Assembly (NCBI GenBank): GCA_951406725.2
Contig: OX597825.1
Span: 14,694,001 to 14,758,000 of the forward strand
From: Octopus vulgaris
Taxonomy: Eukaryota
Reading direction: 5' to 3'
Length of the DNA stretch: 64,000 nt
Shown here: in pieces, positions 54,651-64,000 of the stretch
How the letters are laid out: each line of letters begins with the position of its first letter
How positions within the stretch are numbered: position 1 is the stretch's first letter
Notes under the pieces: generated by a model
What the model saw: the letters and a program-made list of their open reading frames with translations, nothing else
Databases searched by the model: none
Told to the model about the DNA's origin: nothing
Program-made: the position numbers and the translations under genes

Positions 54651-55428
54651 CGGATGCTACTCCGACTGCTACACTTCTCTATTGTTGTCTTGACATCTAG
54701 GCTTCTCCCTCTATATCTACGTATTGGGCTAGCCTACTTCATCGTCTGGGGGCACCCACACAACACCTTTAAAGCCACGAACATTTCAGCAGCCCTTCCT
54801 ACATGAATACATACATCCATGCGCGTGGATACACACACATGAATGTATATAGGTTTGTAATGTGTGAGCATGGATATAAGTATCTTATCTCCTGTTATTC
54901 TTTTATTACTATTCGGCATTCCACTCACAATTACATGATTTTTTTACAGTTTGATAATTTATTATATCGGTTTGTTTGACGAACTGCTGTCAATGGGGAT
55001 GTAAACAAACACAGATGTCAAACGATAGTGGACAAACACAAGGAAACAGATATACACACACGCACACGCATGTACACGCGTGCACACACACACATACACA
55101 CACGCACTTATATACACACATAGGCAAATACATGTATACATACACACATACAGAGATTTGAAAATCAATTTATATAAGTGAAGGTTTCAGCAATTACCGT
55201 GTACGAAATTCTTTCGCAAGTTATTTGACAGATCTGGACCATAGTAGACGTCTCCGACATCCATTTGGTTAAAACCTGTCGACAGAAGAGCACCCAGGGG
55301 TTATGACCTGGATGCAACCCGCCCCCCCCCCCTTCGAATGTTAGGGGCCGAAGTTAAAGGCCGAAAACATTGTGTTAGGTGGGTTTTCTCTGAAGACCTT
55401 CTGCTGGCCTTCTCGCTCTCTTAGAAGC

Positions 55429-55597
55429 TGTTCAGCTCACTTTACCACTGAAATCTCTGTCCAGCTCTCTTTACCACTGAAATCTCTGTCAGCTCTCTTT
55501 ACCACTGAAATCTCTGTTCAGCTCTCTTTACCATTGAAATCTATGTCCAGCTCTCTTTACCACTGAAACCTTTGTTCAGCTCTCTTTACCACTAAAG
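55429..55597. repeat. 28-29-bp minisatellite, about 5.7 copies
   Basis: Unit cagctctctttaccactgaaatctctgt(c/t). Confidence 0.92.
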
Positions 55598-55864
55598 TAG
55601 CATGCCCAAGTTACCACCTCTTGGGTCTGTACTGGAAGCAATGTAGATTCAAAGCGAGCTTTTTAACTTCACATACATATCTGCGTTTCTGTGTTTACGT
55701 GCATTATTTAAATTGGTGGGATCGATAAAACCTTGTTGTAGTATGCTGTGGAGTAGTTGTTCCGAAATCAATTGGTGATTAACTTTAATATTGATTAGCT
55801 CAGAATCATAAATAATGATCCTCGAGATAGTATTGGCGTTTTACAGGATATTTTAATGTATATA

Positions 55865-56027
55865 TACGACGGACTCCTTTCAGTTTTCGTCTACCAAATC
55901 CTCTCACAAGGCTTTGGTCGGCCCGAGGGCTATAGCGGAAGGCCCCTGCCCATGTAGCCAGGTTGTGGTAGTAAAGCAGAACCAATGCGATTGGGAATAA
56001 AACTTCTCATCAAACAGCCACGCCTGC
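55865..56027 (-). mobile_element. SINE family B, diverged 5' half
   Basis: tttcagttttcgtctaccaaatcc..cagccacgcctg. Confidence 0.75.
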
Positions 56028-56585
56028 TGATTATTTTTGTCATTAGTATAGCCTGGCATCTAACAGAGCAGTGTTGCACACTAACCTTTCCTTCTTAACT
56101 ATGCCAGGATTTTGTTAGAATCACTCGTGACACATATTTCGTAATATTTGAAGATTTGCCAAAATAGACTCTGAGATTTCCATTTGTATCTTTGAACACA
56201 CTAAAACATCGATCATTTAGTATGAATGACTAACTGTAAGGATATGGTGAATTCTCTCTCCATATTTACTAAATATATTGTTTTTTTTTCTTTATGAATA
56301 GAAATATTTCTGGGAACATTTAGTGGCCTTTATTATGTACAGTTAACATCATACTTCCCAATCGATATCTTAAAAAAATATTTTGCCGGTCAATTAGAGG
56401 GCAATACTGGCAAGAATTCAAGACCAATAAACCAAGTCATTTATTGTCTCTTGTATTTAACATATTTTTTTGTGATATTTTGTTCTCAGCATCCAATTTG
56501 ATTCTTTTATTTAGTTCATCTTGTTTTATTAGAAACCTCAAATTCCTTGGCGCATTTTAGATGGAGTATAATTTCTAGATGTGTA

Positions 56586-56667
<82 letters not shown>

Positions 56668-56669
56668 CA

Positions 56670-57046
56670 TTATTGCCTACGCCCCTTAGCGAAGGCGGAG
56701 GTATTGTTTTCAGTCATGTTTGGTTGTTTGTTTTTCCGTGGACAAGATATTTCAAGAACCGCTGGATGGATTCGGATGAAATTTTCAGGGATGTTTGGCC
56801 TCGTGACTTGCACGAACTGCTTAGATTTTGGGATCGATTCGGTACCGGACAAGGATTCTGGATTATTTTTCCTGCTTTTATTACTTAATTTTTGTCAGCG
56901 GCCGGGTTCATTGTTAGTATTCTCGTTCGTGAGAGAAGTCGAGTTTATTTCAGATATTCTCATTTTAAAAAATCCTCTCAGGCTAATTTTTGCGAGGACG
57001 TTGGTATTGCCATAACAGAGCTTTGCGCTCTCTGAGTGCTCTTGTT
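56670..57046 (+). mobile_element. Non-autonomous Helentron (HINE/DINE-1-like) inserted in (TTA)n
   Basis: ttattgcctacgcc..ggcggagg 5' inverted repeat, tggatggattcggatgaaatttt motif, 3' hairpin gcgctc-tct-gagtgc, then tcttgtt. Confidence 0.7.
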
Positions 57047-57057
57047 ACTAATTATCA

Positions 57058-57130
<73 letters not shown>

Positions 57131-57902
57131 CATTATTACTAAGATTTTTATAAGGACTATAGCAGTCACCGTTAGTCTTATTTCTATCCGTTGACATTCA
57201 TCTTCGAATAACATACTGTTCTTGTTCTTATTCGGTACTAGATTCACGAAGACGTTCTGTATTATTTTTTATCTAAATTTAGGAGACAAGTATTTCTGCA
57301 GTTTGTCTATTTCCCATACTTACATAATATCAGAATCAATATTAAGCATCTCACAATCCAACGCATGTCACCGATATTATATCAGATACTGACGTGAGAT
57401 TTCCTCTAATTTGCCATTGCATTAATTCAGTTATTACTATATATGATATTTATACATAATTTTTTCCACGTTAGTTGTGTCATTGTTTTCATATTTGATC
57501 CACCATTAGTGTCCTTATGCAATGGCATATTTACAACATACTGGAATATGCCTAAATAATGTATTAAACTCAACACATTATCTCGTATATTTTACTTTAT
57601 TGCGTCTGTAGGTGGCGCAGTTAATTATGCTGAAAAATATGAATGGTAATATATGTGTTTTATAATTTTTGATAATATCAACCAAGATTTTCGACGTTTC
57701 CATAGCGATAAATATACTCTATTGTTGATATAAGCATATATAAATAGATAAAGAACCACAGACATACACACACAAACACACACACATACACATGTATGTA
57801 TGAACACACATATACATATATATTTATATACACACACCTACACATATATGTATAATATTTGTCAACTAAACTTGACTAACAGCTGTGATACATATATATA
57901 TA

Positions 57903-58105
57903 TATATAAATTAGAGAAAAACCACTATTATATAATTCAAACAATGATAGACATAAACGAAATCATAAAGAAAATATAAAATATATTACAAAATATATAA
58001 TACATATGAATTACATAATAGTAGTTGTTCTCTAATTTATATATATTATATATTTATATTGTGAAATTTGATTTAATACTACAATTTTTCCCTGTAAGTT
58101 TGGAG
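57903..58105. mobile_element. Short TA-flanked element with about 35-bp inverted repeats
   Basis: ataaattagagaaaaaccactattatataattca versus tgaattacataatagtagttgttctctaatttat. Confidence 0.5.
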
Positions 58106-59000
58106 TATATATATATGGACTGTGTAGATATCTAAAATTTCCGTTACCCAATAAGTCGTATAAAATTGGATTCCTCTTGAATAAGGTTCCTTTGCTGAAA
58201 TTTGAGTAGGAATATTATTCCAACTACTATAAGCTGGCCATTGAATCTAAAGACACCTTCTTCCTTATTAACTACTACAAAGATCATTAAGACTGTGGCA
58301 TTTAGAAGCACAATTATTTTCAATGGCAGCGGAGCAGAGGAAGTTGAAATTTGGTGCGGATAATTGTAGATTCTGGTTGAATTATTGCGTGTCTGTAATT
58401 GTCATATGCGATGTAATTGTCACTGATAGAGGGACATGTTAGAAGGAAGGGAAGACTTATTTAGACAATAAGCTGCTTTAGCTGTATTTAATTTCTAAAA
58501 GATAATGTAAAAGATATATGTCTGCCACACGTTAGAAGGAATAAGCTCATTCAAGATTACAGAATTTCTATCCAATAAAATTTACATATAACAAATAACA
58601 GTTAGAAATTGTGCAACGCACGTTGTCTTGTACTGCGATCGAATCTAAGGCCATAGATTTGAGAAGTGAACGTTTAAAATCAAAATGTATTTTTTAAATA
58701 ACACTGACACGTCTTGTGTTTCATGGTGGAAAGACAGTAACCGATGAACCTGCATATTTAATATGAAGACCAAAAATACTCTTATGCACGTATCCTATAG
58801 AATGGTATACGCAATAATATATTTGAAATACCAGAAATTTATTACCACAAGTGCAATGTACTTCATATGTTAACCGTTAATATGCGTTGAAATTTAATAA
58901 CTTAACAACTAACATGAGGCATATTTCTGTTTCTTTGGTAAGCTTTTCAAACACTCTCATAGGCAGACACATGTTTCTTTCCAGACATAGTTTTCATTTG

Positions 59001-59031
<31 letters not shown>

Positions 59032-59558
59032 CATGCATATATATATATACATACGTAATCATATACATACATACATATATATATATACATACATACATGC
59101 ATTTATATATATACATACGTAATCATATACATACATATATATATATGTGTGTGTGTGTGTGTATGTGTGTGTGTGTGTGTGCGTGTGTGTGTGTGTTATA
59201 ACAATGTGACGCTGTTGATTAGAAAGGGTATTTAGATATGTTTATTTATGCCTTTCTAGTATTGCTTGTACGAATTCAATTAATAGACATTGAAATGCAA
59301 AAACCAAACAAGAAACAAGGTATATTTCGTATCATCGACTGATAGTCAATAATAAATATCTTGTATACACAATTCGTGGTGTATCTAAAATATTCCTAGG
59401 AATGATGCAGTGTTGCGCTTAATTGTTGTGCTTCCTCCCTCCCTATCCCTCTCTTTGTATGTATAGGTATGTATATATATATACATACACAGATACATAG
59501 ATAGATAGATAGGCAGAAAGACAGATAAATAGATCGATTGATAAGTAGACAGATAGAC

Positions 59559-59591
<33 letters not shown>

Positions 59592-59685
59592 TACATATAT
59601 TCATATATCATACATATGCAAATACTCGCGACTGCGCATGTGTATGCATACTTGCATACATATACACACGCACACACACACACAT

Positions 59686-59755
<70 letters not shown>

Positions 59756-59899
59756 GTATACATATATATATATATATATACTTATATACATAAATATATA
59801 CTTATATATACATATATATACATATGTATATATATGTATGTATGATTGAATGTACTTAGAATATATGTATATATGTTTGTGTGTTTGTATGTGTGTGTT

Positions 59900-59949
<50 letters not shown>

Positions 59950-60165
59950 TGTGTTCTGACATGTAGAATCTGCTTCTACGTGTATGCAGAAGTAATTATT
60001 TCTTTAGCAGAGCAATTCCAGTTACGTGATTCAAAGAGGATGGAATTAGACATCAGTAATGAAAGAAATTCAACAGCTATCATGTTCTAAAAGCACGATT
60101 TACTGAATAATATTGGCTTTGATACAGTTGAAATTAATTATATGTTAGATATCAAGTAAATTGTA

Positions 60166-60630
60166 GGAAAGAAGACCGATTCATCATCACCATCAACATC
60201 ATAATCGTCGTCATCGTCTTCATCAGTGTTATTATTATTATTCTTTATTTTAAAAGTAGTAGTAGTAGTAATAATAGTAGTAGTAGGGGTAGTAGTATCG
60301 TGTGTTGTACACGTATTGGCAGTTGTGTTATTGTTATGGAAAAGAAGACAGATTCATCCTCATCACCATCAACATCATACTCGTCATCATCGTCTTCATC
60401 ATTGCTATTATTATTCTTTATTTTATCAGTTGTAGTAGTAGTAGTAGTAATAGTAGTAGTAGTAGTAGTAATAGTAGTAGTATTAATAGTAGTATTAGTA
60501 ATAGTAGTAGTTGTAGTAATAGTAGTAGTAGTATTAATAGTAGTAGTAGTAGTAGTAGTATTATCAGTAGTAGTAATAGTAGTAGTAGTATTAGTAGTAA
60601 TAGTAGTAGTAATAGTAGTATTAGTAGTAA

Positions 60631-60671
<41 letters not shown>

Positions 60672-60817
60672 ATAATAGTAGTATTAGTAGTAGTGGTGGT
60701 AATAGTAGTAATAGTAGTAGTAGTAATAGTAGTAAAAGTAGTAGTAGTAATAGTAGTAAAAGTAGTAGTAGTAATATCGTGTGTTGTGTACGTATTGGTA
60801 CTTGTGTTATTGTTATG
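60166..60817. repeat. Two-copy tandem duplication with an expanded (GTA)n in copy 2
   Basis: aagaagac.gattcatc.tcaccatcaacatcat and atcgtgtgttgt..cgtattgg..ttgtgttattgttatg each occur twice. Confidence 0.85.
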
Positions 60818-61183
60818 ATTATGACTATGCCGATACAGTCGCTACTTAAAAGACTTCAACTGCATAATCAGGTCAGACTTGTACGTTACGAAATATTGAG
60901 GAATGGTCTTTGATAACAGGTTGAGTGCATTGTTTGCGCAACGTCTGCTACTCGTGTGTCTTTGAATACGAAATTCTTTTTGTTTTAAGAATGCGCCGTA
61001 ATACAATATATTCTTATTGCCTTGACTTGCATGAAACATTATTAGCATATTTCTATGTAGAATGTGTTGGAATATGTTGCAGATATGTAGCCATAGTGCA
61101 GCTAAACATATCGTTGTGCGCATACACACACACACACATGCATACAGAAAGACACACACACGCATATATATATATATATATAT

Positions 61184-61592
61184 AGGCGCAGGAGTGGCTG
61201 TGTGGTAAGTAGCTTGCTTACCAACCACATAGTTCCGGGTTCAGTCCCACTGTGTGGCATCTTGGGCAAGTGTCTTCTGCTATAGCCCTGGGCCGACCAA
61301 TGCCTTGTGAGTGGATTTGGTAGGCGGAAACTGAAAGAAGCTCGTCGTATATATGTATATATATATATATATATGTGTTTGTATGTCTGTGTTTGTCCCC
61401 CTAGCATTGCTTGACGACCGATGTTGGTGTGTTTACGTCCCCGTCACTTAGCGGTTTGGCAAAAGAGACCGATAGAATAAGTACTGGGGCTTACAAAAAG
61501 AATAAGTCCTGGGGTTGAGTTGCTCGACTAAAGGCGGTGCTCCAGCATGGCCGCAGTCAAATGACTGAAACAAGTAAAAGAGTAAAAAGAGA
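61184..61592 (+). mobile_element. SINE family B, full length
   Basis: Collinear with other copies. Confidence 0.9.
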
Positions 61593-61686
61593 GTATATAT
61601 ATATATATATATATATATAGGGATGGTATTATTAAAATACCACCACAAGTGGTAAGCGAATTATCAGCCATACAGGCAAATTAATA

Positions 61687-61736
61687 AAATATATACATAC
61701 AATATTAGATATGTACATATCTAATATTGTATGTAT

Positions 61737-61742
<6 letters not shown>
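61687..61742. repeat. 56-bp perfect palindrome at the end of a short interspersed element (other copy at about 44050-44135)
   Basis: aaatatatacatacaatattagatatgt|acatatctaatattgtatgtatatattt. Confidence 0.85.
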
Positions 61743-61800
<58 letters not shown>

Positions 61801-62626
61801 TATGTGAGTAGATGCGTTCGACGTGCGACAGTTAAACTTCATAAGTATCAGTTGCATTACTTCCAAAATGTATTTTTCTACCGCTTAATTCGAAACATTT
61901 CATTGAAAATATCAGGTGATTTGAGAATATTTATTCCTACTTGTAACACGTGTTCCAATCCTGAAAATTCTACTCCAGTTCATGATATGTTCTTGAGATT
62001 GGCAAGTGTTTCGTATCAAAATCATTTCATATTATATTGCCAGCATCTGTGTGATATCTCTTGCTAGCTGTTTGTATACAACGTAAATTTATTGTGTTCT
62101 TTCATCGCATCGTGATACAAAATATGGTGTAGGCAACACAGAAGCGATCGTGTGTTGATTGACATATAAACGAATTATTTAACAATCTACTTCAAATGTT
62201 TAATCTATGGTTAGATGTAATATATTTTGTGTAATTTAGATTCCGGTTATTTTCATTCAAATGATACAGTCTTTTATCTTTAATCATTTAGTTTGAGTTT
62301 TAATAAATCATGATATTTTCCCCGTTATATTTCCCGTTGAGGTTTATAAATTATTGAGTCGAAAATTTATGGCTTCGCTTGATAGTCGATGCACTTACAT
62401 ATGCTTTTGTCGACAAATATGTGTATGGATCAATTAGTAAATATTATATTATGTTTTAGTAATCCTACTCCTGGAATAAAATATTTCTGAGTATTGAATG
62501 TGTCTTTCAATAAATCTGAGGCATATGTTCAACACCGCTAAAAATATGCTGCTATCATTCACATGTTGTCTTCTGCAGCAGTATCTTCACTTGCATAGAC
62601 GAATATATTATGAAATATGCACGATT

Positions 62627-63385
62627 AGGCGTAGGAGTGGCTGTGTGGTAAGTAGCTTTCTAACCAACCACATGGTTCCGGGTTCAGTCCCACTGCGTGC
62701 CATCTTGGGCAAGTGTCTTCTGCTATAGCCTCGGGCCGACCAATGCCTTGTGAGTGGATTTGGTAGACGGAAACTGAAAGAAGCCTGTCGTATATATGTA
62801 TATATATGTATGTGTGTGTTTGTTTGTCTGTGTTTGTCCCCCTAGCATTGCTTGACAACCGATGCTGGAGTGTTTACGTCCCCGTCATTTAGCGGTTTGG
62901 CAAAAGGGACCGATAGTATAAGTACTGGGCTTACAAAGAATAAGTCCCGGGGTCGATTTGCTCGACTAAAGGCGGTGCTCCAGCAAGGGCCGCAGTCAAA
63001 TGACTGAAACAAGTAAAAGAGTAAAGGCGTAGCTGTGTGGTAGGCGGCTTGCTTCACAGCCACATAGCCCTGTGTTCAGTCCCACTGCGTGGCACCTTGG
63101 GCAAGTGTCTTCTACAATAGCCTCAAGCTAGCCAAAACCTTGTGATTGGATTCCTTAAACGGAAACTGAAAGAAGCTCATTGTATGTATCTTCGCGTTTG
63201 CATTAATCCCCACCCCTTCGCTTAACAACCAGTGTTGGTGTGTTTATGTTCCCGTGACTTAGTAGTTCGGCAAAAAATTGATAGAATAAGTACAAAGCTT
63301 AAAATATGTACTAGCATGGATTCTTTCAACGAGAAAATTATACAAGGGGAGGCTCCAGCGAGACTGTAGTCTACTAACTGAAAGT
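62627..63385 (+). mobile_element. Two tandem SINE family B copies (young 62627-63025, diverged 63026-63385)
   Basis: The second head ggcgtagctgtgtggtag starts right after the first tail. Confidence 0.85.
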
Positions 63386-63586
63386 AGGTTTCAATTATTT
63401 CTAATATGAATATAATACGTACGTATATACATTTTTCTCTAAGTAGATATTCTTCTCGTGAATGTTGTGGTAATATTTGTATTATAAACTCAGTAGAGGA
63501 TTTCTTTGAGATCTTATAAAATAATTAACCAAACGTTATGTCATTTTCGACTGAAGAGATACAATAAGTAATATCAATTCAATTAA

Positions 63587-63845
63587 AAGGCGGCGAGCTG
63601 GCAGAATCGCTAGCGCGCCGGACGAGTTGCTTAGCGGTATTTCGTTTGCCGCTACGTTCTGAGTTCGAATTCCGCCGAGGTCGCCTTTGCCTTTCATCTT
63701 TTCGGGGTCGATAAATTAAGTACCAGTTACGCACTGAGGTCGATGTAATCAACTTAATCCCTTTGTCCTCTCTGTGTTTAGCCCCTTGTGGGTAGTGAAG
63801 AAATACAAGTAGGTATTTCGTGTATCTTTCTGTTCTGAGTTCCAA
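63587..63845 (+). mobile_element. SINE family A with the start of a second unit
   Basis: aaggcggcgagctggcagaatcg..gagttcgaattcc..core..tail..ggtatttcgt. Confidence 0.88.
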
Positions 63846-63912
63846 CTAAATTGTTTCTCAATTTTCTTATTTGTATTATATATATACTGTGTGTGTGCCT
63901 GTCTGTCTGTTT

Positions 63913-63957
<45 letters not shown>

Positions 63958-64000
63958 AACCGCTTTACAATTTCACTTACTTGACCGAAATCATAAGCTC

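Noticed and set aside
55429-55597. 29-bp repeats as CRISPR direct repeats
   Set aside because: Units are contiguous with no spacers

Overview
AT-rich, repeat-saturated animal genomic DNA, intronic or intergenic. The SINE families and the density of (TA)n, (TG)n and (TAA)n microsatellites suggest an octopus-type cephalopod genome; this is recognition and inference, not a database result. There is no intact host gene, rRNA, true tRNA or CRISPR array, and nearly all listed ORFs are translated microsatellites or SINEs. The real coding remnants are a 5'-truncated RTE-type LINE (18.9-20.6 kb), a decayed RTE (1.2-1.9 kb, minus strand), an R4/Dong endonuclease end inside (TAA)n, a very old LINE at about 48 kb and mariner fragments. 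One possible 126-nt host exon lies at about 21 kb. There are four tRNA-derived SINE families, a non-autonomous Helitron, a Helentron-like element and a foldback composite at 11.3-14.1 kb. The main discovery is a set of unrelated short elements, often inserted in (TA)n and arranged as asymmetric inverted repeats, that carry minimal type-I hammerhead ribozyme motifs of the Penelope/retrozyme kind. They include a hammerhead with the compensatory U3-A8 core in both arms of a 235-bp palindrome (about 51 kb) and a tRNA-headed, SINE-like element carrying a hammerhead (3.9 kb and 29.5 kb).
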